The position numbers and the translations under genes are program-made. 64,000 bases of DNA from Octopus sinensis (taxonomy: Eukaryota), in NCBI RefSeq assembly GCF_006345805.1, contig NC_042997.1, forward strand, positions 193,068,001 to 193,132,000. The letters run 5' to 3'. Positions 35,494 to 48,299 of this stretch are shown piece after piece. The notes under the pieces are model-generated. The model saw only the letters and a list, made by a program, of their open reading frames with translations, was not told where the DNA came from and searched no databases. Numbering within the stretch: position 1 is the first letter of the stretch; each line of letters starts with the position of its first letter.

Positions 35494-35929
35494 TTAATCC
35501 TTGCTGTTTCCTCTATGCATTTCTTATATACTTTTTTTTAAGTTGACAGGATAGGAACTTAAAATCAACAAATTATCATTGCTGCCTTCATTGTTATAAT
35601 ATTGCCATTATCTGTTTTAGCTAAGATGTTGAACTGGCAGAATTGTTAGCACACCAGACAAAATGCTTAACAAAATTTCTTGTGTCTCTTTATATTTTGA
35701 GTTCAAATTCTGCCACAGTACTTTGCAAGCTTGGCTTTTTTTACCTCTTCTTATGAGGATCAAATGTTGGAGCTGTCGCATTACTGTGTCCGCATCTGCA
35801 TTTCTAGTTTTCCAATTCAGTCTTTTGTTTTCCATCACCCATAAATATGACCGAGACATTTAAACTTCTCCATTTGCAGATTCTGATTCTTCTTTTTTTT
35901 TTTATTTTTTTTTTTACCTGTTTAAACAG

Positions 35930-36001
35930 ATGGAGTCAATAGAACTAGTCCCTGGAGTCAAAATCAAAGATGACAAAACAACAAAATCTGGCCCCAAAAT
36001 C
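35930..36001 (+). CDS. C2orf81: C2orf81-like coding exon 10 (MESIELVPGVKIKDDKTTKSGPKI)
   Basis: ACAG acceptor after a poly-T tract, GTAAGT donor, phase 0 to 0. IELVPGV matches the LKLAPGV motif. Confidence 0.85.
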
Positions 36002-36842
36002 GTAAGTATTATATCAAGTGTTAAGAAGTTCAACTCACAATCTCATGGTTCTAGTTTCAATCCCACTGCACTGCACCATGGACATGTGGTTTCCACCATA
36101 AACAAGGGTCAACCAATACTTTGCAAGTGCAACTTGGTAGATGTAAGTTGTGCAATGCATAATATATATATATATATATATTATTCTTTTACTTGCTTCA
36201 GTCATTTGACTGTGGCCATGCTGGTGCACCTCCTTAAAGGGTTTTTAGTAAAAAAAATCGACCCTAGGACTTATTTTTTGTAAGCCTAATACTTATTCAA
36301 TCAGCCTTGTTTGTCAAATTGCTAAGTTACAGGGACAAACACACCAGCATCAGTTGTCAAGTGATGGAAGGGGGACAAACGCAGACACACACACATAAAT
36401 ACATATATATCTATAATATAAATTGGACATGGGTGATCATTGTATTCTTTCTTGTCTTGAGGTTCACAGCCAAACAGCTGGGTGGATTCGCATGAAAAAT
36501 GGCACACATGTGGAGACAGGTGCATAGATTGGAATGCAGTTTGCATTTTTTTCCTAACCCCCATACTTACCAAGAAAATTGATTAAAAATGTTCTAATGG
36601 AATTTCCCTCTTTCTACTGCCATTAAAACAACCAGTTGCTTAGAAGCTGTTTTCTGACGGGGTGGGGTCAGGAAATTTTCATATAGTTGGAGACTCCAAT
36701 CGAAACAGGGGACCCGAAATTATAAGGTTGACAAATGCTGTTATAGATTATGCCTAACCGAAAACGATCACAGCCACATCATCCAAACAGACTGGGTAAA
36801 ACTGGACTTAGCGGCTAGTATATATATATATATATATATACA

Positions 36843-37340
36843 TATATATATCATCATCATCGTTTAACGTCCGCTTTCCATGCTAGCATGGGTTGGACGG
36901 TTCAACTGGGGTCTGGCAAGCTTGAAGGCTGCACCAGGCCAGTCAGATCTGGCAGTGTTTCTACAGCTGGATGCCCTTCCTAACGCCAACCACTCCAAGA
37001 GTGTAGTGGGTGATTTTATGTGCCACCGACACAGGTGCCAGACGAGGCTGGCAGACGGCCACGCTCGGATGGTGTTTTTATGTGCCACCGCCACAGGTGC
37101 CAGACGAGGCTGGCAGACGGCCACGCTCGGATGGTGTTTTTATGTGCCACTGACACAGGTGCCAGACGAGGCTGGCGAACGGCCACGCTCGGATGGTGTT
37201 TGTTACGTGCCCTCAGCACAGAGGCCAGTCGATGCGGTACTGGCTACGGTCACGTTCGGATGGTTTTCTTATGTGCTACCGGCACTGGTACCACAAGGAT
37301 ACAAATTCCATTGATGTTCATCTATTTTGATTTGGTTTGA
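36843..37340 (-). mobile_element. RTE LINE 3' UTR with three near-perfect 62-bp units
   Basis: TGCCAC recurs at 37021, 37083 and 37145. Confidence 0.85.
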
Positions 37341-37553
37341 TATATACACACACAGGGCTTCTTTTAATTTCTGTCTACCAAATCCACTCACATGACTTTG
37401 ATTAGCCCGAAGCTATATGAGAAAACATATATATTTTTTAAAAATAATTACTTCAGTATTTTCATCATTCCTCAGTCATTATTTGGATCTTTTTATCCTT
37501 TCACAATTAACGGTATTGTTTCTTCTATTTCTCTTTTTACCTTCTTTTGCAAG

Positions 37554-37721
37554 CGTGAACCTACAGACCATGCATATAACGAAGATGGTCTGAACAGAAT
37601 GGAAAATGACATACCTCCAACTGAGAATAATTCACAGTCATTAGACAGAAAGACAGCTTTACCAGAAAATTTTTGTTTACCTCCAATCACTTCAAACACT
37701 TCATTTCATAAGCCATTGTAA
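37554..37721 (+). CDS. C2orf81: C2orf81-like terminal coding exon (REPTDHAYNEDG...SFHKPL*)
   Basis: Pyrimidine tract plus AAG acceptor, open to TAA at 37719-37721, with AATAAA about 67 nt downstream. The summed CDS is 1302 nt and in frame. Confidence 0.75.
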   Translation, partial: REPTDHAYNEDGLNRMENDIPPTENNSQSLDRKTALPENFCLPPITSNTSFHKPL

Positions 37722-37787
37722 TTTGGTCAACTGACATTCACCCTAATCTCAAACTAACTGAGAAATAATATTTTTAAGAAATTCAGA

Positions 37788-37793
37788 AATAAA
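37788..37793 (+). terminator. Putative polyadenylation signal of the C2orf81-like gene
   Basis: AATAAA shortly after the stop codon. Confidence 0.5.
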
Positions 37794-37904
37794 AAATAAT
37801 GCTTTATTGTTTTGTTTAAAATATATTTTCTCGATTTTGTTTTTTTCTTTTTGAGTAACACCAGTCTGCTTTGTTCAAAATACAGGTATCATCATCACCA
37901 TAAT

Positions 37905-38430
37905 CATCATCATCATCATCGTTTAACGTCCGCTTTCCATGCTAGCATGGGTTGGACGATTTTGACTGGAGGCTGGCGAGCCAGATGGCTGCACCAGGCT
38001 CCAATCTGATCTGGCAGAGTTTCTACAGCTGGATGCCCTTCCTAATGCCAACCACTCAGAGAGTGTAGTGGGTGTTTTTTACGTGCTACTGGCATGTGGG
38101 CCAGTCAGGTGGTACTGGCAACGACCTCGCTTGAATCTTTTTACACATGCCACCGGCACAGGTGCCAGTAAGGCAACACTGGTAATGATCATGCTCAAAT
38201 GGTGATTTTTACGTGCCACCGGCACGGAAGCCAGTTAGCCACTCTGTCAACGATCACACTCGTGCTCTTTGCACCCTGCTAGCACGGATGCCAGTCATCG
38301 AATTTGATTTTGACTTCACTTGCCTCAACATGTCTTCGCAAGCAGAGTTTAGTGTCCAAAGAAGGAAAAGGTACGCATAAGTGGGCTGGTTACACCCCTG
38401 GCATAGGCCACAAGGTTATGGTCTCATTTG
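37905..38430 (-). mobile_element. RTE LINE 3' UTR
   Basis: (CAT)n tail and unit array. Confidence 0.8.
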
Positions 38431-38699
38431 GCTTGCTGGGTCAATGATTATATGATTATTATTTAACATATGCTTTCCATGTTGGACACTGTGACAGGAT
38501 CTAGTGAACCACAGGGCATCGTATCAAGCTCCAATGTCAGCTTTGGTATGGTTTCTATGGCTAAATTCCTTTCCTTTACAGAGTGTACTGGGTGCCTTTC
38601 TTTTCTGCCATTGGTACTAGTGAGGTCACCACGTAACTTTGCAAGACAAGAATAGGAAAAAGGGAAAAGCCCCTTGACCAAGGGTGGCTGGTATTTAAG

Positions 38700-38935
38700 G
38701 CAGCGAGCTGGCAGAAACGTTAGCACACCGGGCGAAATGCGTAGCCGTATTTCGTCTGCCGCTACGTTCTGAGTTCAAATTTCACCAAGGTTAACTTTGC
38801 CTTTCATCCTTTTGGGGCCTGATAAATTAAGTACCAGTATTGCACTGGGGTCGATATAATTGACTTAATCCGTCTGTCTGTCCTTGTTTGTCTCCTCTGT
38901 GTTTAGCCTCTTGTGGGTAGTAAAGAAATAGGTAT
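38700..38935 (+). mobile_element. SINE family A, full length
   Basis: Complete head to tail. Confidence 0.85.
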
Positions 38936-39901
38936 TTAAGACAGGGGCAGTGGTTTAATGCCAGGTGTAGAGATGCTAAAGTACGTTAGAGGGACAAACC
39001 CAGGTAACATGAGAAATAGATCTAAATGAGACCTATGCAAATGAAAATAGCATTCTTCAAACTAGTTTTGGAGCAAGCCTCATGTTAAGATGTCAAGACA
39101 AAGAAACACATGTAAACATATTATGTCTACATATATACGATAGGCTTCCATCTACTAAATCCACTCATAAGGCTTATGCTGGCCCAGGGCTATAAAAGAC
39201 ACTTGCTCAAGGTGCCTCACAGTGGGATTGAAACTCCAAATCATGTGATGGGGAGACAAACTTCTTAAGACACAGCCATGTTAACTCTACTGATATCAAT
39301 GCTAAGGGGCCTGGTAAGCAGTTATGCCTGAGGGCTTTTAATGCTTTCAGTTTGCCCCGTTCACATGGATTCACGTACTTGCATGTATTAACATGAGACC
39401 AGTGAATAGGAAAAATACAAAGGCCCCTGATTTTAGAAAGCAATATTCTTAAGTTCCATATCATTTATCTTTCATAAACTGAAAACAAAATAAACACACT
39501 CATATGTCAATCATCCATTTAAATACAAATTATAAAGTTATAATAAATAAGAAGCTGAAATAATTACACCATAAATAAAATAAACTATACAATCGTTCAG
39601 TGTTTCAGTGTGTTGAGTTACCATGTTTTCCAGTATACAAGTCGGATTTTTTAGACCAAATTTCACAGCCAAAAAAAAAAAAAACCGTAGACCAACTTAT
39701 ACACCAAAGCAACTTCAGAGAACCAAAAATCCCATGTGAAATGCAACAGGATTTCGAAAGCTAGTGATGATATTTAAATATTTAGACGACATGTTTCCAA
39801 TATATAATACATTGACATGTATGTCAGAGAATACAGTAAATTTTGAGGTTCTACAGAATATTTGTTTTGACAAAGTTGTGAAATAACTAATGTCACAGGG
39901 G

Positions 39902-40441
39902 TCATTGTTTCTTCAAGAAACTCAGTTCAACTTTTAGAAAGGCTTTCAAACTGACATCCTCAATTGTTTCGATATCTTTCAAGGCTTTATCTATACCATC
40001 TGCACTATAAAATTCCTTCATTTCTTCAGCATATGCAATCCAAACACAATTTGCACAGCCACTCATACAACAGTCTGTTGGCGGATCGGGTGGAGCTTTT
40101 GTTACTTTACAAACAGGATTTTCTTTTGTTACTAAATCTTCATTTAATTTGTTTTCCTCATAAAATTCCTGCATAAAATCTGAACGAGTTTTATCTGTGG
40201 AACTCTCGTTTTGAGAAACAGAGCTAATAATGTGAGTTCCTTTATCTTTTTCTGAATTGCTAAGATGGTCTGACTTGGTGGTAATTTCTTGAGATGTTTG
40301 ACTGACCCCCGATGTGTTAGAATTGTCCTTTACTAAACACCGATGACATGTATGTTGAATATAATTGACATCCTTAGAGATATTGAAGACAGGAGTTCTG
40401 ATGAACCTGATACCAGGTGTTAATACTCTGTGCACAGGCAT
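39902..40441 (-). CDS. OXLD1: Oxidoreductase-like domain-containing protein 1 (179 aa, probable mitochondrial)
   Basis: The C-terminal PPDPPTDCCMSGCANCVWIAYAEE...LKAFLKVEL is the Oxidored-like (OXLD1) signature. The N-terminus is basic and transit-peptide-like. An acceptor at 40515-40516 implies an upstream non-coding exon. Confidence 0.92.
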   Translation of the reverse strand: MPVHRVLTPGIRFIRTPVFNISKDVNYIQHTCHRCLVKDNSNTSGVSQTSQEITTKSDHLSNSEKDKGTHIISSVSQNESSTDKTRSDFMQEFYEENKLNEDLVTKENPVCKVTKAPPDPPTDCCMSGCANCVWIAYAEEMKEFYSADGIDKALKDIETIEDVSLKAFLKVELSFLKKQ

Positions 40442-40834
40442 TGCTTGAAATAAAACTTTTGCAGATGTACAACGTTATCATAAGAGATCCATCTTCTTTG
40501 TCACATGGAACAACCTACACAATGAAATAAAGATTACTAATATTACAATATTTAAATACTGTTTAAGAATAGACACACACACATATCTATGTATACAGAG
40601 AGAGAGAGAGAGCAAGTTCCCCAATCAGGTTTTATAAGCTCAAGAAAAAACAAGCACTTGTATATTAGATGATAGAATGAGTATGTTATTTTTACATCAT
40701 AAATTTAGTCTCGTAACAGCCAATTCATGTTACTGGATGATTTCATGGTAAAGAACGTTCTGAGTGTAGAAAGGTAAACTAACAATATTCAAACATGATT
40801 GAATAGAAGAGTGTAGCTTAGGTTCTTTACTACT

Positions 40835-41155
40835 GGAGTCCTAAATAAGTGCTTTGTTTGTTCCTTCTCGAGCCACGCCTGGTTCATTAGGGCCGGTTTC
40901 TCGGTTTCCTTGGCGTATAGGTTCCCCACCTGGATGGGACACCCGTCTGTCACAGGTGAGCTGCAAGATGCAGAAGGAAAGAGTGAGAGAAAGTTATGGC
41001 CAAAGAGTCAGCAGAAGTTCGTCATTACCTTCTACCAGAGCTGCGTGGAGCTTAAGTGTTTTGCTCGTAAACACACATCGCCTTGTCTGATATTTGAACC
41101 CACAATCCCTTGATCGTTTGTCCGTTGCTCTAATCACTAGGCCATGTGCCTCCAC
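40835..41155 (-). mobile_element. SINE family D, alternative tail
   Basis: Homologous to 58590-58917. Confidence 0.75.
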
Positions 41156-41529
41156 AAATAAGTGTTAGACTTTAAAAAAATATACTGAGGTCGATTTGTC
41201 TAAAACCCTTCAAAGAGGTATCCAAGCATAGCTGCAGTCCAACAACTGAACTAAAAGATAAAAGACATTCTTATTTCATACATATAACTATTCAGAGTTA
41301 CCCAGGTGATTATTGTTAAGATAAACTAGGGTAAATCTATCAGGAGTCTCACCTATGCTTTCTAAACTTTCCCAATCAGAACACAGTTAGTCTGTCATTT
41401 ATATTAGTGTTTTTTAGAGGAGGAGGGAAATGTAACGAATGGAAATTGGACTAAGTGCCATGCTTATTAAGGTTAGAATGACTTAAAGCTTTTAAAATTG
41501 AATAACACCATGAGGAAGAAAGAAAAACT

Positions 41530-41910
41530 CATCATCATCGTTTAACGTCCGCTTTCCATGCTAGCATGGGTTGGACGAATGACTGAGGGCTGGCAAACCA
41601 GATGGCTGTACCAGGCTTCAATCTTGATCTGGCAGAGTTTCTACAGCTGGATGCCCTTCCTAACGCCAACCACTCTGAGAGTGTAGTGGATGCTTTTACA
41701 TGCCACCAGCACGGGGCCAGTCAGGCGGCACTGGCAACGATCTCACTCAAATCTTTTACACATGCTACCGGCACAGGTGCCAGTAAGGTGATGCTGGTAA
41801 CGATCACGCTCGAATGGTGTCTTTTACGTGCCACTGGCACGGAGGCCAGATAGCCGCTCTGGCAACGATCACACTCGGATAGTGCTCTTAATACCCTACT
41901 AGCACGGGGC
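41530..41910 (-). mobile_element. RTE LINE 3' UTR
   Basis: (CAT)n tail and unit array. Confidence 0.8.
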
Positions 41911-42485
41911 TCATATAATGCAAATTCTATTTCATTTTAAAAGTAAATAAAGGGGTGGGAAACTCACTAATATTTTAAAGTTTGATATTGGTTAGTTTGA
42001 AAACCACTTCTTTGTAAGCATACCAACCATGTTTTCTATAATAAATTTGTTTCTTTGTGTGAGATACACCCTCCTTTTTTTTTTTTTTCAAGGGTTTGTC
42101 TTGACCTATCATAACTCCACTACTACAGACATGTATTTAGAATGTTACATGAAAGGGTTGCAAGAAAGATTCTTCAAGCCGAGTCAAATGGTTGAAGACC
42201 AAGGGTAGTCCAAGAGTGGAGATGCTTGGATAATATCCCTAGTCTCAGTTATTGAGGCTTGGGAATTCAACCAGAAAGTTTAACAGCAGTTGCATCCGAT
42301 AGGACTATACGGAGGAAGTGTCCGAGGACTCTTCCCCACGAGCCTCCCAGAAACAAAGGACAGAGAAAATGAACGGAAAGTTTGATTTATCGTGGCTTAG
42401 GTCAACATTTAAGTCAACATTAGGTCAACATTACCCTCGAAAAACATTTGGGTAATGGTTGGCATAGCTACAGATGTGTAACCCA

Positions 42486-43740
42486 CCAACTTTGTTACCT
42501 CATAACATCCAGAAAAATGGAGTCTTTCAATGAGTATCTTTTAGTGAAAGTTTATAGAAATACCTTTCAAGCAGCATAAATTACGATTATAAAGAAATAT
42601 GTGGGGAAAACTTTTTCCAAATTTTCGGAAAACGGAGTTTTAGATTAGGAAGACCACATAAATTCATTTTTTACACCCCCTCTCCACCATCATCCCACTC
42701 CAGACCGATTTTGGCCAAATTTTTTTGCTCTAAAAAAACCATGGGATGAGCCTTTTCGGTAAAAAAAAAAAAAGAATTGTAAATATTTTCAGAGGAAAAA
42801 GTGTGATTTAAAGAAAATTTGGCTGTTGTTTCTAGCAGATCCCAAGACAACCCTCCTCGTTTCTTTCTCACTCGAGCTTGTATTGATGTTTTTCAATATT
42901 TTTCTCCCCATAAGGCGGCGAGCTGGCAGAATCGTTAGCACGCCAGGCGAAATACTTAGCGGTAATTCGTCTGCCGCTACGTTCTGACTTCAAATTCCGC
43001 CGAGGTCGACTTTGCCTTTCATCCTTTTGGGGTCGATTAAATAAGTACCAGTTACGCACTAGGGTCGATATAATCGACTTAATCCGTTTGTCTGTCCTTG
43101 TTTGTTCCCTCTGTGTTTAGCCCCTTGTGGGTAGTAAAGAAATAAGTAATTCGTGTCTTTACGTTCTGAGTTCAAATTCCGCCGAGGTCGACTTTGCCTT
43201 TCACCCTTTCGGGGTTGAATAAATAAGTACCAGTTACGCACTGGCGTCGTTGTAATCGACTTAATCCCTTTGTCTTTCCCTTCTATGTTTAGCCCCACCA
43301 CCACCACCTGCGGGCAATAAAGAAATTAATATGAGGAAATTTTGAAAAACATCAATACATGTGAGAGCGAAAACGAAGCGGGTGGTCTTGGGATGTGTTA
43401 GAAACAACAGCCAAATCCCCCTTAAATCGCACACCTTTTACTCTGAAAATATTTATAATTTTTTTCTTTTTTTTTTTTCATAAAAAGATGCCTCCCATAA
43501 TTTCGAAGGCTGTGGTGAAAAAAATTAGAAAAATCCCCGTCGAAACGGAGAAATTCCAACTTATGTGGTCTTCTTGATCCAAAACTCAGTTTTCTGAAAC
43601 TTCTCTCCCCAACCCCTCGGAAAAAAATTTTACCCACAAATTTCTTTATAATCGTAATTTATACCGTTTGAAAGGTATTTCTATAAATTTTCATTAAAAG
43701 ATACCAATTTTCCTGAAAGTTATGAGGGAAAAAGTTGGGA
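42486..43740. repeat. Diverged long inverted repeat (about 400-bp arms) with tandem SINE A copies at its centre (42914-43328)
   Basis: Several co-linear blocks match in reverse complement, e.g. TATAGAAATACCTTTCAA, AAATTACGATTATAAAGAAAT, GAAGACCACATAA, ATTTGGCTGTTGTTTCTA and TGTATTGATGTTTTTCAA. Confidence 0.85.
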
Positions 43741-45067
43741 ATTTTCCCGAACTCCACCCCTCGGAAAATTCTTTGCAATAAATCCCTATATTCTCTGAAT
43801 CTACAGTATCTAAGCGGTAGTTGTTGAAAATTTCGTTAAAAAGTATCCATTTTTCTGGAAATTATGAGTCAACGAAATCGGTGGGGTACACATCTGTAGT
43901 TATGCCCTCATGACAACATCCAAGGCATTGAAAAAGTGATTGGATTACATGCTTTGATAGTGAGGGTGTACTAAGTCTGGTGGAAATATTGATTCGGCAG
44001 ACTGCAGATGAAGTAGCAGGATATATTGAGTAATCCGTTAAGGCTCGTAAAGCGGTCGTTAACCCCATGAAGCAAGGGAGGTCGTTAACCCCATAAAACA
44101 AGGGACGTCAATAACCCCGTGGAACACGTGATAGAAAAACAGGTATTAAGGCTTAAGTTCTCAGTCGCAATACAGAGATAATTAAAAGAAGAATGTTAAC
44201 TATTAAACATAATTAAAAAATACATTCTGTTTCAAATTAAGAAGTACTTCTTTGTTTAATGCTGAATAAAGAATTAGTATTAAATAATACTTTATCTTTT
44301 CTTAAGGGTTTATAAATGCTTTAATAGCGCAGTGTTATATAATCGTTTTGTAAAAATAATTGGCGAAAGTATGGGAACTGAGCAGTTTATTTTATTAATT
44401 CATATTTTTCCAGTCGGAGCTATTTCAGTTCATTTAAATCGCAAATGATTTCAAGAAAGGGTATTTTGCTGTCGTTAAATCGAAATACTCCACTCTTTCT
44501 TAAAAAAACATAAACAAATTATATAATCGTTCTTAGAACTTCAATTCCGTTTTGTACCATCAGACAAAAATATTTCATTTATTCTCGTGAAGATGAAACA
44601 TAACGTTTGTTTACCCCACCCCAAAAAACCAGCTAGTTACAATTAATATAATTAGATGCTGCTTAAGATAACTTTTCTCTTTATTTATGTTGCAATATTC
44701 TTTATTTTCGTCGTTTAAGGAAATCATTTTGCAAGTTTAACGACTTTATAATCTCTCGGTCACATACATTAGTTTGCGCAAAATTGTTGAAGCAATACCC
44801 GTCTCGGTTGTTAACGATCAGGACATTTGATCAATCAGAAATTCCATGCTTTCCGAAATTCACAAATGCTTTTCGTAACATTCTTGTGTCCTTTCCTCTT
44901 AAATGACTCTTTCGTCTTTTGGTATTATTCAGCGTACTACACATTTAGGATCTTTTCGGTAAACCGAAAATATCCCACATTTACTTTAGATCATTCACAA
45001 GACTTAATGTTGCTTTCTTCATGTTACCGTTTTCCCATGTATTGTAGCGCACCTTACACTGTGTACA

Positions 45068-45072
45068 ATAAA

Positions 45073-45103
<31 letters not shown>

Positions 45104-45265
45104 TATGTTTGACTTTTGCTTTACATTTGCACAAGCTGGCTCCAAGTCTCACCCAGAGACCTCAAAAGACAAGTTGGAACTTCGTGTTGGTGTTATGCCT
45201 AGGGTGCCATATAATTGGTTTTGTACTTAGTGTTGTGCTAGTGAATGCCTAAAAAAACACACGAA
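45068..45265 (-). mobile_element. Probable R4/Dong-like LINE 3' UTR ending in (AAT)n
   Basis: The minus strand ends ...GCAAAAGTCAAACATAG(AAT)n. There is no coding part, so the clade is inferred. Confidence 0.45.
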
Positions 45266-46623
45266 AATTATGTTATTAAGAGGAAAGGAAAGGGCACACA
45301 AGAATGTTACGAATAGCATTTGTGAATTTCAGAAATTATTATTATTATTATTTTATGTAGAGTGACAGAGAAGAATGTCTGAAATAACACGGTTCGAATA
45401 AGATTACACTCGCCTGATAATTTTTGGTTGAATTAATAGTAAAGAACTGCCCAATGACGTTGAATAATTCTAAATAACAGACGTTAGTATAAGCAGTGGA
45501 AAATAATGAAGCCTTGAGAAAAATATGAAGACATTATATAAATTAAGGAGCGATTGTTAGTCAAGAACAAAAGGTGTTCGAAAGGAGAGATACCTGTTGT
45601 TGACCCTCACAACGGCTGACCTCGGAGTTATCTCCCTTCAGTAGGAAGTCTTAATAATTTACTGAATTCGTTGAGTTATACTTTAATGCTACACTAAAGC
45701 TGAACGTGTTACCAGCATCTAATAACAAGCAACCGGTTGGAGAAAGATGGGTTCTGTCAAGCTTATGTTTTTGGCATACATCTCGAATAGAAATCCCTCA
45801 GGTACCGATCCAGGAAAAATTATGGAATGTTTTTATTCCAGGGGTATAATTGGTCAAGTCTTGTGTTTCTCGTGGTGGTTTGAAATGTGGGGGGGACGAA
45901 ATTGCTATGCTTAATAAAAAGAGCTTATTTTAGATTTTCAACTCCATAAATGAAGACCGAAGAATTATAAGGATACACACTCCATTTTATTTTATAATTA
46001 ATAAAGAGGTAGAAGAGGCGAACGGTGGAGGGGAGAAGCAAAAAAAAAAACAAAAAAAATGAAGGGATGAAAGGAAGAAATTCACTCGTGTTTCTGCTAA
46101 GGGGACCTGGTTTTGTCATTTTGAGAATCCCTGGATGAATGAATAGGCAGCAGGAAAATGTCTAAGTTATGGACCATGAGCTATCGTTAAAGTATAGGCA
46201 ATAATTTCTGAAAGAATGCTCCTATCCATATGGTTGTAATTAGATTCTGCAGAGTCAGCATTAACCAGCAGCAGCAGCCTAATAAAATGGATTGATGAGT
46301 GTCTCATTAGCTTACAGATTATATTTCAAATGAAGAACAGTGTTTCCTTAAGCTGTCTTCAGTAGTGGTCCTACAACACAAGAGTTATAGAATTTTCAAC
46401 TCTAAAATGGGTGTCTTTTTTTTTTTTTTCTTTTACATGGACGGAGATATTACATGACTGTGGCCATGCTTTATAGTTGAGCAAATCAACCCCCAGAGAT
46501 TTATTCTCTGTAAGCCTAGTACTTATTCTATCTGTCTCTTTTGCCAAACTGCTAAGTTACAGGGACATAAACACACCAGCATTGGTTGTCAAGTGATACT
46601 GGGGGGGGACAAACAGACACACA

Positions 46624-46662
<39 letters not shown>

Positions 46663-47020
46663 TCATCATCATCATCATCATTTAGCGTCCGTTTTCCATG
46701 CTAGCATGGGTTGGACGGTTCAACTGGGGTCTGGGGAGCCCGAAGGCTGCACCAGGCCAGTCAGATCTGGCAGTGTTTCTACAGCTGGATGCCCTTCCTA
46801 ACGCCAACCACTCCGAGAGTGTAGTGGGTGATTTTATGTGCCACCGACACAGGTGCCAGACGAGGCTGGCGAACGGCCACGCTCGGATGGTGTTTTTATG
46901 TGCCACCGACACAGGTGCCATATATATATATATATATATATATACCCGTGCTAGCGCGGAAAACGGACGTTAAATGATGATGATGATGATGATGATGATA
47001 TATATATATATATATAATAT

Positions 47021-47053
<33 letters not shown>

Positions 47054-47085
47054 GATGTATATACACATATATATATATACATACA

Positions 47086-47146
<61 letters not shown>

Positions 47147-47155
47147 CATATATAT

Positions 47156-47222
<67 letters not shown>

Positions 47223-48299
47223 TGACGGGCTTCTTCCAGTTTCCATCTACCAAATCCACTCACAAGGCTACAGTAGAAGACACTTGCCCACGTGGTGGTG
47301 GTGATGATAATGATTCCTTGTATATGAACAACATGCAATTAAAACCCTCAAAATCACTACAAATCTTCAGATGCATAATCTCTGATGATTATTCACGGCA
47401 GTCTTATATAACACAACTAAAAACTACAATAATCCAAAAACTAGCTTTCTCTCTAAGGTCAGAAAATACTTCAGTTCTATTGCATTGTTGAAACTTTGCA
47501 AAGTAAAGACCTTCGATGGAGCATACTACATCCAGATACCAAAATGACAGATTTGCAATGACTTACTCTTTTACAAACTACAACGTCTGGCTCTCAGAAA
47601 TGCTGCCTTTCCTCTCCGCCTATTCTTTGATTACAATTACAGTCTGTGCTTCTCTGAAATATCTAGTTATACTTGCAGGTATGATAATGTGGTCAAGAAC
47701 CAAATTTTGAATCATTGCCAGTGCCACTGGACTGGCTCCTGTGCAGGTGGCACATAAAAAGCACCATTTGAGCGTGGCCGTTGCCAGTACCGCCTGACTA
47801 GCCCTTATGCCAGTGGCACATAAAAGCACCCACTACACTATCAGAGTGGTTGGCGTTAGGAAGGGCATCCAGCTGTAGAAACTTTGCCAGATCAGATTGG
47901 AGTCTGGTGCAGCCACCTGGTTCGCCAGACCTCACTCAAATCGTCCAACCCATGCTAGCATGGAAAGCGGACATTAAACGGTGATGATGTGATTTCAGGT
48001 TCAGTCTTACTGAGCAGCACCTTGAGCAAGTGTCTTCAACAAAAGTCCCAGGCTGACCAATACCTTGTGAGTGAATTTAGTAGATGGAAACTGTATGGAA
48101 GCTGTTATGTGTGAGTGTGCGCATGTGCATGCATGCATGTGTGTGTCTGTGTGTGTGTCTGTGCATGTGTGTGTGTTTGTTCATCCCACCACCACTACCA
48201 CCATGCACATACCACTTGACAACTGATGTTGGTTTATGTCCCCATAACATAGCATTTCAGCTAAAGAGACTGATTGAATAAGTACCAGACTTTAAGAGC

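Noticed and set aside
37016-37200. CRISPR-like regularly spaced hairpin repeats
   Set aside because: The context is eukaryotic, the spacers are themselves repeated, and the array is part of an RTE 3' UTR.
42914-43000. tRNA-like heads with A and B boxes (also 11810, 28800-28872, 62613)
   Set aside because: There is no complete cloverleaf, and each continues into a SINE body repeated many times, so these are not tRNA genes.
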